From positions 10,416,001-10,480,000 of the forward strand of contig CATNEN010000007.1 of the NCBI GenBank assembly GCA_950097015.1: 64,000 nt of DNA, written 5' to 3'. Positions 47,897 to 58,675 of this stretch are shown here, piece after piece (positions within the stretch are counted from its first letter, which is position 1; each line of letters starts with the position of its first letter). Position numbers and translations under genes: made by a program. The notes beneath the pieces are model-generated. The model searched no databases and was not told where the DNA came from. It saw nothing but the letters and a program-made list of their open reading frames with translations. The DNA is from Macrostomum hystrix (Eukaryota > Animalia > Platyhelminthes).

Positions 47897-48146
47897 TCCG
47901 ACTGGTCACTCTGCCTCATCAGAATCACTCCGACTGGTCACTCTGCCTCATCAGAATCACTCCGACTGGTCACTCTGCCTCATCAGAATCACTCCGACTG
48001 GTCACTCTGCCTCATCAGAATCACTCCGACTGGTCACTCTGCCTCATCAGAATCACTCCGACTGGTCACTCTGCCTCATCAGAATCACTCCGACTGGTCA
48101 CTCTGCCTCATCAGAATCACTCCGACTGGTCACTCTGCCTCATCAG
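47897..48146. repeat. 32-bp minisatellite (TCCGACTGGTCACTCTGCCTCATCAGAATCAC)
   Basis: About 8 identical copies. Confidence 0.96.
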
Positions 48147-49010
48147 ACTAACTAGTTTTATGCAGTCAAGTGTTTTGAAAAGGGCAAAACACTTGACTGC
48201 ATTAGAGGGCAAGTCACGCATGCCGCGGCTTTTGTGAATCAAGTTACCAATTAGAGCGCTTGCTGATTGGCTGAGCTGAGACTCATTTTGCTGAGAAGTA
48301 CTCAGCCTGCTCAACAGACTCAGAAGCTGGCATATTCAATGCAGCCATAGTCATATCTCAAGATTGCATCAGAACAAATACAAGCCGCCTCTCATTTTAT
48401 TAGAGGCCTGATCACACCTGTGCAATATATTCTCAATTTTTTAAAGCACAGTAAAACCGTCAGAACTACAGCAGCAGCAGTTTGGTGAGCTTCTCAGAGC
48501 TCCCACGCAGATTTCCGGCGCCACGCGAGGCCTCTCTGAGTCCGCAGGTTTCATTTTAAACAAATTTGTCTCAGGGCTGAGATGAGTCTGGGTGGTCGGA
48601 CAGAAGTGGCATCTGTGTTTCCATCACCCTATGGTCCGCCAGTTTAGCTATAGAAAAGCAACAAAAGCAAGTTGCGAGCATTTGCAAGCCCCCGCAAAGT
48701 GCAGCAGGCTGCTCCCCCTCCCACTCAGTGCTCCCAATTGGCCATGGGATTGGGGCTCTGCTGCCTGTCAGAGAGGATTTAGCCAGGTAAAAGCCGGGCA
48801 GGTGTTGCGCATTGGGAAAGGAGCGCACAAGCCGCAGTGCGGGCCAAACAGCTCTGCGTGTTTGCGCAGCCCACACGGCCGCCCTCCCTCAGCCTCTGAG
48901 GCCAGGGTCGCGCGAGTTGACACTAAAATTGGGCGGTCTCTTCTTTCTCTTTTGGCATCACAAGAGCACCCAAGCACCTGACCGCTGCAGGTGTAACCGC
49001 CTGCTGAATC

Positions 49011-52000
49011 ATGGGACAATGCGCCGCTTGTTGTCATCGAGGTAAGAAGCTTGTCGAGAATTTATCCTTGGAATTTTTAAGTTTCCATTGGGGCACTCTA
49101 CGAGGATCATTGAGATGCTCTTCAGACCATATCTTCGTGAGGCTCCCTATGCATTAACAATCGAATGAGACTCTATGAGGAACACTGAACTCGTGTTGAG
49201 AGAGCATTAACACACAATTGAGGCTCCCTACGAGGAGCACATGAAAGAGATCATGGTAAGGCTCAATGCGATGGGCGTTTGAACCCTTTGAGGCTCTCTA
49301 CGAAGAGATTTAAGACCTTGAGGCTTCTATGAGGATCATTTCGATGCTCTTGAGGCTCTCTACGCGAATCATTTAGAAGGCTTCGTCCATCAGGAATATA
49401 GGTTATCTAGGTTTACCCTCGTACGCCCAGACGAATTTAGAAGTTATACTTAACCAACAGTTTTGAAAAGTCGAGTCTCTTTACGAAGAACATTTGAATT
49501 GTCCCAATGTGTGGAGTTCATTATGTTCTGCTTCTTTGGGAGAGCGTCGCCTTTTTATGATTCAAGAACTGTGCCAAAATTCTAGGAAACCACAGTAAAC
49601 TTTTACACATGAATAAACAAAGCATCGTCTTCCACCGCAGTCAAGATAGACCGGACGCGAGCTCCGCCCAGAAGGCCTCGAGTCCTATCCGCGGCCCGTA
49701 GCCTCAACAGGAACGGTCAGCAGGCCAAGTTCTACGAGGTGCCCGATGTTGCCTTCCCGTTTGGCCTGCGAAGACGGGACAGCGGAGGCGGCGGCAGCTT
49801 CCTTCGCATCAGGCGCAGCTGCTTGACGCTGCCGAACTCCCCACATGGCATGTGGCAGATCAGCGAGTCCGAGCAGGTGACGACGGAGGCGACGGCCGAG
49901 ACAGCGGAAGTGCCGCCGCTTGAAGCCGCACTTTCTTGCCCGAACGGCGAACCAAGAGAGCTCCCGGATGCCATCGGGGATTTTTTGGGAGAGGCGGTCA
50001 GCTTGCCATCGCTCAGCTGCATTGAAGCACGCCGCAAGTCAACCGGGCCGTCGCCAGCAAAGGGCTTGGCCCAGTCTCTGGACTCGGTCACGGTAAAGCC
50101 GCAGTTAGTGCGGCAGGACTCACTGGTTACCATGACAACGCTGCACTTAAAAAGCAGCGGATCGCCCAGTGCTGGCTCTGCTGATGCTGTTGACGCGGTG
50201 GGCAGTGAAGCGGACCTGGAGACCACAAAATTCGAGGTGGCGGAGACATCAAAAGCTACGCAGATACCTGAGCCAGGTGGAATGCAAGACAAGAGCTGCC
50301 AGTGGGATGCAGCGGCGGTGGACCAAGCACCGAGTCAAAGCGAGTCTCTGGAAGCCGCGGATTCCGCCGATGAAACTGCACTGAAGCAACTGATGAGGCA
50401 GACCGAGGCGCTGCTGGAGACCCTGGTCGAGGACAGCCCAGTGCGGCAGCACCGCACACAGGCCAGCGCTATCGGATACTTGTCAGTCGCTGATGGTGCT
50501 TTGAATCGCGTCACAATAGCATCCAACAGGGCCTTGCCGCCTTCAGCTGTGACAGTTAAATGCCCAGCCGCTTACTACATGATACCGACTGTCATCCCAG
50601 GTTCAAATGTTCAGACCGCGAATCACTATGTCCCAAATGTTTTGAGCCTCTCTAATTTTAGCTTTAATTTTAACTCCGAGGCCATTGATAAGCCAACCTC
50701 AGACCAGCTGATGTCTAACTCAGCCGATTTCACCGTCAAAGACTCAAAGCTTTCAACGCCGAGGCCCAGGGAGCCGATCACGATCGCATCGGGCGTACGA
50801 ATTCCCAGCATGGCTACCTGGAAACTCCCAGCAGCGAATGAAGCTTCAGACCAGAGCGCCACCGAATCGAATCCGTCAAGAGCCCATCCTTCACATCGGC
50901 GCTTCCAAGCTCCGGCCGCGTCATCCGGCGAGCCGCAGAGGACCACTAGACGCAGCTCGAACGCCAGCAGAGGCAGTTTCGGCAGTTTCGGCAGTTTCAC
51001 AGACGAGCGCAGCGCCCGCCTGGAGCTGTTCCAGGTCGAGCGGCAGCTGGCCAGGTCGCAGCTGGCGGCCCAGCAGCTCGTGGACGGCTGCCGCCGCTCT
51101 CTTCCTGCCGATGCCGCTTCGGCTTGTCGAGTCAGCGAGTACCGAAGAATGCTGGCCAATGAGCGGAGCCGACTGCTCGTGCAGACTTCCGCCGCGGTGT
51201 CGCCAGCGAGTGGCTCCCTGGAGAATGTCGGCACTGCATCGCCGGAGTCTTCTGACTTGCTGTTTTCCAGCACAATGCCCGCCGAGTTGCCATGGAGTCG
51301 TCCGGACAGCCGCAGCAGCAGTGCAACTGGTGCAGCGCGATCGCTTTCGTCTTCGTGGCGGCTGGACCGGTCGACATTCAGCGGCGACGCTGTGCGCGAT
51401 CCCGGCACTTCAGCGGCCCTGCGACAGTCGGCACGGCAGTGCCAGGTGAGTGAGCCTGGTCTGCCTTAGCAAACGTCATGAGTCACAGGTGAACTTAGTG
51501 AATGTGCAATTTAGGGAATGTGTGAATTAGAGAATGTGTGAATTAGAGAATGTGTAATTTAGGGAATGTGTAATTTAGGGAATGTGTCATTTAGGGAATG
51601 TGTAATTTAGGGAATGTGTAATTTAGGGAATGTTTAAATTAGGGAATGTGTCATTTAGGGAATGTGTAATTTAGGGAATGTGTAATTTAGGGAATGTGTA
51701 ATTTAGGGAATGTGTCATTTAGGGAATGTGTCATTTAAGGAATGTGTAAATTAGGGAACGTGTAAATTAGGGAATGTGTAAATTAGGGAATGTGTCATTT
51801 AGGGAGTGTGTAATTTAGGGAATGTGTAAATTAGGGAATGTGTAAATTAGGGAATGTGTCATTTAGGGAATGTGTAAATTAGGGAATGTGTAAATTAGCG
51901 AATTTGTAAATTAGGGAATGTGTAAATTAGGGAATGTGAAAATTATGGAATGTGTCATTTAGTGAATGTGTAAATTAGGGAATGTGTAAATTAGCGAATT

Positions 52001-52419
52001 TGTAAATTAGGGAATGTGTAAATTAGGGAATGTGTAATTTAGGGAATGTGTAATTTAGGGAATGTGTAATTTAGGGAATGTGTAATTTAGGGAATGTGTA
52101 ATTTAGGGAATGTGTAAATTAGCGAATTTGTAAATTAGGGAATGTGTAAATTAGGGAATGTGTAATTTAGGGAATGTGTAATTTAGGGAATGTGTAATTT
52201 AGGGAATGTGTAATTTAGGGAATGTGTAATTTAGGGAATGTGTAATTTAGGGAATGTGTAATTTAGGGAATGTGTAATTTAGGGAATGTGTAATTTAGGG
52301 AATGTGTAATTTATATCTTCCTGTGATTGCAATTCCAGGAAATCGACCGGGACCTGCGGCGGCTGCGAGCTCAGTACGCCGGGCTGTGGCGGGCTCCGGG
52401 CACGGGGCCAGTTTCGTAG
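49011..52419 (+). CDS. Uncharacterised 638-aa Ser/Ala-rich protein with N-terminal MGQCAACC; exons 49011-49041, 49641-51445, 52339-52419
   Basis: GT-AG exons join in frame (1917 nt, including a 1.8-kb open exon). Last exon reads EIDRDLRRLRAQYAGLW...*, and AATAAA lies at 52474. Confidence 0.72.
49090..49500. repeat. Highly degenerate tandem repeat (GAGGCTCTCTACGAGGATCATT core)
   Basis: Recurrent GAGGCTC and TACGAGGA motifs at irregular spacing. Confidence 0.6.
51495..52312. repeat. 16-bp minisatellite (ATTTAGGGAATGTGTA)
   Basis: About 50 copies filling most of intron 2 of the orphan gene. Confidence 0.97.
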
Positions 52420-53040
52420 GTCCTTGACCCGCTGTGAAATCTGATCTACTGTTTTTTTACAGTTGATATGCAAAATAAACGCGCCTGTGATAAATTAATT
52501 AGCGCCATATTTTTTTATTTTCGTTTCGGCGAAGTCAAAATCACTCTACTTTGTTGATTTAGTCAAGAACGCAAAATTCTGATTCAGCAAAAGCCCTCAG
52601 AATGAAATGACTAAGTCAAAGGACAAGAATGACTGTATATCCCGTCAGCAGCAGATGCAGTGGTTGACATGCAAGAAGGCAAGCAAGAGATATGCCATAT
52701 TCGCAACCCAGAGCAAGCCGACTGTGCTCCGCGAAAGCCGATTTGCAGTCGTACAGGCCTTATAAATTAGAACAACTTTCAACTCTTGCCATCTATTAAC
52801 GTAATTTACCTGCCCTTTTGGCTGCATATTTGCCAGACTCACTACTACAATTAGCCAGTTGTAAGGTACAGCAGCTTTTTAATCGGCCCTGAAATTGCTG
52901 TTATAATTGAGACCAACTTGTCCCATGAAAGCTACTGGGGCGCGAGCCATTCAAGCCCGCCAATCGAGAAGCAGAGCAACAGCCAATCAGCTGCCGCCCG
53001 CTAGAGCTCTCGATGCCGCCAAGACTCAAGAGCCTGGGCG

Positions 53041-56000
53041 ATGCCAGATGATGGCAGGAATCCTAAACCAGCCTGCGCAAACAGCAACGTTCTGCCGATG
53101 TTCCACGCCAGCTTCCTGACTTCCGCGCTGCTCGGCAGCCCCGCCACAATGGCAGCATCGTCATCATCCAATCCGGACATGAACAGCGGCGCCGGTGCAC
53201 TGTCAGCAGCCACGATAGCCGCGCCTCTGGTGACACCGCCGGCTCAGCCGCCGACGCCGCAGCAGTTTCCGCCGCCGCCGTTTCTTCCTCTGCCCCCCTG
53301 GCGCTTCCCTGGCGGCCCGCTAGCCCTCCTACAGTCCGGTCTGCGACTGGCCGCGGCTGCAGCCGCCGCGGCCGCCAACCCGCAGGCGCTGACGCCGCCG
53401 ATGCCACCGCTTCCTCCGGCGATGCCGTCCCATGACGATTTTCTGCTCCACTCGGTGATGCCCAGAGGAGCCTCCTTCATGATTGACGACATCCTGCAGG
53501 CACCGTGCGTAGGCAGCCTCGGCTCCTTCGCTGTCAGGCACTCCGAGGTAGCGTGCGCGGCCACACAGACGTTCAGCGACGAGGAAGAAAAGGAGCACTC
53601 GGATTCGGAAGACTCCACACCTTTTCTGGGAGTCAATGGTGAGGCTCTGAGTAGACCCTGGGTGCTGGGCTGAGACCCGTGGCTGTGAGTTAGCAGATAC
53701 AGCTTGATCTCATTGTTCAGAGTTTATGAAGTAAAACTCAGCTTCTTGGGATTCTTTTGGAGCAAGTTAGGAGTTTGGCGAGGATTTCCTGAGATAAGAC
53801 AGGATTTCAGGTATCAGAGAGGACTTCAGGATATCGGTGAGGATTTCAGGGTATCAGGGAGGATTTCAGGGTATCAGTGAGGACTTCAGGATATCAGTGA
53901 GGACTTCAGGATATCAGTTAGGACTTCAGGTATCAGAGAGGTCTTCAGGATATCGGTGAGGATTTCAGGGTATCAGTGATGACTTCAGGATATCAGTGAG
54001 GATTTCAGGGTATCAGTGAGGATTTCAGGGTATCAGTGAGGACTTCAGGATATCAATGAGAATTTCAGGATATCAGTGAGGACTTCAGGATATCAGTAAG
54101 GACTTAAGGATATAAGCGAGGACTTCAGTGGAACAGACAGGATTTCCTGAAGTTCCTGGACCTGAATTTGAGTAGGATTTCAATTCGGTCTGCGAACGCA
54201 GTTCTGTACTACTTGGAATTCAACGGTGTCAGGTGGGCCACAGCCGTAATAGTTGGCTGTTTGTCTTAAGCCCGGCCACAGAGCCAGTAAAAGCTTCGCA
54301 GCTTCCCATGTTGAAAGCATGAACTTGCCAGGTGAAAGCGAGTGAAGCTGCAGCAGTGCCTCAATGTTTCCCATCTGAGCCGCAATTGCCGCGAGCCGCA
54401 CGGGTCAAGAGTTTAAGAGGGCCAAGTCGCTTTTTAATGACTCCACAAGCCGCTTGTCGCCTCAGTGAGCAGGGGCGCTGAGTGCCCCCCCGACTGGCCA
54501 AGGCTTCATCGCTGGAGCATTCCGCTGAAAGCCCAATTGTCCTGGGTTCTGCTGACACTTGTGCGGCTTGACCACTTGCCGCCTCCCATCCCAGAGTCAA
54601 GGCTGCTTCAATGTTGAGTCAAATAAGTGGGCCTCTCTACCCCGCAGTCCGTTGCTCAGCCTAGGGGCGTCAAGCATGGAGGGTCATCATGGCCGACCGG
54701 GCGGCCAAATGCCGGCATTATTTCCTGTTTTCCCACCCTCCCAACGGCCCGTCTAGTCTTCCCAGGGATCTCAGGGATCGAACCGAAGTTTGGCCGGGAA
54801 AATCCGATCAGAGACCGGGCTGCGTCGGCGGAGTCTGCTCCAGCGGTCGGATGAGCCCCGGGCTCGAAACCTGGGGCGCTTTTAGCCAGGAGAAGCAATT
54901 TCTGCCGAATTACCTTGCCTGATGAGCGGTCCCACCCGGCGGCGGTGGCGGCAACCCCAGTGTCTTAGCTGCCTACCATTCGCTTGGCCGATTAATTCCC
55001 GGCTTTGGCAATAATTTACCGCCCGTCGATTTGGCAAATTGTGTGTAATTGCGCCTCGTTGCTGACTCCTTGCCGGCTCATCTTGCGCCGATTCTCTCCC
55101 ATAGCAGCAGCGGGAGCCACTGATACAGTAATTGGCGCCCGGACAATGCTGCTAAAAGCTTCGTCCAGGCCTCCAGCCTAATTCCCAGGACGAATTCGGG
55201 GCATTACAGGACAGCACCTGGACTCAGGGGGGTGCTCTGGTAGGCAGGACTGGTCACAAAACTTGTCTTCACCAGGAAGGGGATGATAAGTCAGTGGGAT
55301 GGGAAGTCTAAGATCATAGCGCCGGACTGCTACTTAAGAATTACTGAAACACCAGGAAGGGGATGATAAGTCAGTGGGATGGGAAGTCTAAGATCATAGC
55401 GCCGGACTGCTACTTAAGAATTGCTGAAACACCAGGAAGGGGATGATAAGTCAGTGGGATGGGAAGTCTAAGATCATAGCGCCGGACTGCTACTTAAGAA
55501 TTACTGAAACACCAGGAAGGGGATGATAAGTCAGTGGGATGGGAAGTCTAAGATCATAGCGCCGGACTGCTACTTAAGAATTACTGAAACAAACCTTAAT
55601 TTTAGAAACTCAGCCACGCCCGCCTGAAATTTCTGCGAAGCTCAAGCGACCGCCGCCCCCGCCACACCTGCATCACCCGACACTGCCGAAGCCACAAGTG
55701 TCACTTCCATTGCCGGGACTTCCGCCGATAACAGCTCAGGCCGATGGCGGTGTCGATGCGTCGGCAGCTGGAGCGGCGGCCGCGGCCGGTGACGCCGCCG
55801 TCAGGAAGAAGAAGTGTCGGACCACATTCTCCGGCAGGCAAATCTACGAGCTGGAGAAGCAGTTCGAGTCCAAGAAGTACCTGTCCTCGTCTGAGCGCTC
55901 CGAGATGGCGACTTCGTTGAATGTAACGGAAACGCAGGTGGGCTTGACAGATGTACGAGACGGTGTGACTGACTGGAATGAGACGGTGTGACTGACTGGA

Positions 56001-57852
56001 ATGAGACGGTGTGACTGACTGGAATGAGACGGTGTGACTGACTGGAATGAGACGGTGCGCAAGAGGGCTTGATGGTGTGATAGAGTGGTGATTTGGTGTG
56101 ATTTATTGTGAGGATGTTGATACACTGAAATAAGATGCCACGAAAGAGCTGGAAATGAAACGCATTAGTGGTCCCTGATAGACGGACAAGTCCCGCTCAC
56201 AAGCTAGAAATTCTCTTGAGCACTGCGATCAGGCCAAATCGAAGTCATCATCATCATCATCATCATGGTGATCATCTTGATGAGCGCATATTGATTGGCA
56301 GCGCCATGTCTTATTGAGCTGGGGCCGGGCTAGATGGCCAGATAATAAGGATCAAACGCGAGCCAATGGAGGCTCCGGGCAGCTCGTCTACTCGATGGCC
56401 GCATTTTAAATCAGAAGGCAAATCCAGAGCTTGTTGTAGAACTGCCTGCTGGGAAGATGGGAGCAGAGTGGGTGGGATGAAATGACAAAACTCTGTCCCC
56501 AAAGTTGCTGCCAGCATTGCCAGCATTGCCTGGTAGGGGCTTTCGGGTGCTGCTGGCCCCGAAGGCGAGTTAATACCTAGCAATAATGATGCCGGTAATG
56601 ACTTCATCATCGGCACCGCCCCGCCAGTCGCGTGGCGCATGATATTTTGTCAAATGAGCGAATAAATGTTTGCCGCGCCGCGGAGAAAAACTCCAACTCG
56701 GCCATCTCGGCAGCCACCGCCATCCCCTCAGGACACGATCGAGAGCTCTAAGCTGCCAACTCGGCTATCCGACCGCCTCCCAATGAACTGCCAGATTCCC
56801 TGCGACGACTCACCCGCCGCCCCAAACCGCTTTCTCTCCTCCACATCTTCCGTCTCCTCAAATGCCCGCCAATCTGAGGTAATTAGCCGCAGAGATTAGT
56901 GCCGCAAATTATGGCTTGAAAGCCACCGCTCCCCAGCCGGCCCCAATGCCGCGGCACGTCCCTTCGGCCTACGCGGAGCCATAAGGCGGCCCCAATTAAG
57001 GCTGCGGCTATCATAGATGGGTGGGGTCACCCCGGCATCTCCAGCATCATCAACAATATGATTTCTGGGACAGTTCGGGCCCTCGCTTCCTCTCAGTCCT
57101 CTGTTCCTCGGAATTACCGCTTTGCTCACGCCCAACCTCCCTCCCCTAAGGGAATGAGACGATTCCGCTACCACCCCTGCCTCCTAACTGCTCCATCAGC
57201 ACCCGCCTTGCCCCGCGGGAGGAGGCAGCGACAGAAAAACGAGAAGGGGAGAAAGAAAGTCGCCTCATTTGTGCCGGCTCGGAAACACCGGGAGGGGTCG
57301 TTCGGGCACCCCGAAGTCGCCACGCCCAGGTAGAACAAGTCAGCAGCCCATTGAGGCTCTCATTAATTGAAGCTGGACGATGAGAGCCATGGGTAGGAGA
57401 GAGTTGGCAAGAAATCGCCAATGCTTAATTTCGACCCTAGCCTAGGGGGGACGTGACCCCACTGACAGTAAGGCCGCGGAGCCCTTCCAGCTCTGAGAGA
57501 TCCGCTTCAGGAGCTGCAACGCACGCGCCGCCACTCGCTCCGTTTCCAGATAAAGATCTGGTTTCAAAACCGGCGGACCAAGTGGAAGAAGCAGGAGAAC
57601 ATCTCGAACGTGGAGGCGCAGCAGTACCGCCAGCAGGTGAGCCAGGACAAGACAGACGGAGAGGCCGACGCTGTTGGCGGTGATGAAGACAGCGGCGATC
57701 ACCAGCATCAGCAGCAGTCAGGATCTGCGTGCTTCGCGGAGACCGCAGCGGCTGCGGGCCGCCCGCTGGGTCTAGCTTGGCTGGGCGCAGCCGTCCTGGG
57801 CGACGGCGACGTCAGCAACTGCTTCGGCGGGGCCGACGTCGCCGAGAACTAA
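53041..57852 (+). CDS. NK7: NK7-family (ANTP class, NKL) homeobox transcription factor, ~410 aa; exons 53041-53638, 55606-55937, 57550-57852
   Basis: Homeodomain [44 protein letters not shown]|[17 protein letters not shown] followed by ISNVEA matches the NK7.1 signature. It has an eh1 motif (FMIDDIL) and the classic intron before helix 3. The start could instead be the ATG at 53098. Confidence 0.9.
53800..54130. repeat. 19/20-bp minisatellite (GAGGACTTCAGGATATCAGT)
   Basis: Direct periodicity in NK7 intron 1. Confidence 0.93.
55270..55590. repeat. 80-bp tandem repeat, 4 copies
   Basis: Units start at 55270, 55350, 55430 and 55510; ends ~15 bp before NK7 exon 2. Confidence 0.96.
55958..56056. 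repeat. 23-bp minisatellite (GAGACGGTGTGACTGACTGGAAT)
   Basis: About 4 copies, starting 20 bp after the donor at 55938. Confidence 0.93.
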
Positions 57853-58434
57853 CTCCAGCAGCGAGGCTACAAAATAGTCGAGTTTCCAGCTCTTTTTTCT
57901 TGTATTCTTCGTCTACTGTTGTCGTTTACAGACACAGAAGGCTGAATATGCATACACAAAAACACAAAGTTTTTGGAATTACAAACTTTTATTCATTACT
58001 CTCAAATAGCATCGCATCGCAGTTGTTTCATTATATTGAAAAATTAACCGCTTCAGGCAATTTTTGTTGCTTTCCGGCTTGCAGTTTCAGTTGTAGCAAA
58101 ATAAATCATAAATCCGAGCTAAAAGTAATCCGACTATTAGATTTCTCAGTTTTCTTAAAGCCTTACTTACCTAGTCGCAGCTCACGTCGCTTAAGTCGTA
58201 ACTTCGATTATGATAATTTCGAACTCAAAAAACGAGCTCGTAAAAGTTAAGCCTTTTGTCGGTTGACATCCGTCGTAGCCTACAAACCACGGTCTCGCCT
58301 TCTCGCCCATATTAGTGACTTCAGCTGGGTAGCACTTACCTCAATGAGGCTTACAGTCTCAACTTGGAGGTTTTACAGACGAAAAACATTTGGTAAAAGG
58401 TTAATTTTTGACCAAATGATTGGTTAAACATTTG

Positions 58435-58675
58435 GTCAAGCAGAGGGGCAATTGGTAGAGCGTTTGCCTCTCGCACCAAGGTCCTTGAGCTCGATTCCGC
58501 TGGGAGGCCACATTAATTTAGGGCGCAGCCGCGGAGAGAAGGCTTGGGAGCTTGTTGTGCAATTCGCGCCAACCTCCAAGGCACAGTGAAAGTGTACACT
58601 GCCTGACGATTAGTGTGTGCCTGCGTACAGTATCTGTGTGCGCGTGTGCTCAGGAGTCAGCGGAATTGGCAGAAT
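58435..58675 (+). mobile_element. tRNA-derived SINE (Pol III A/B-box-like head plus body)
   Basis: GGGCAATTGGTAGAGCG (A box/D arm-like) and GAGCTCGATTCC (B box-like), followed by a body shared with 21990-22192. Confidence 0.75.

Noticed and set aside
58440-58510. Functional tRNA gene
   Set aside because: Acceptor and anticodon stems do not pair convincingly, and it runs into a repeated body, so it was called a SINE head.
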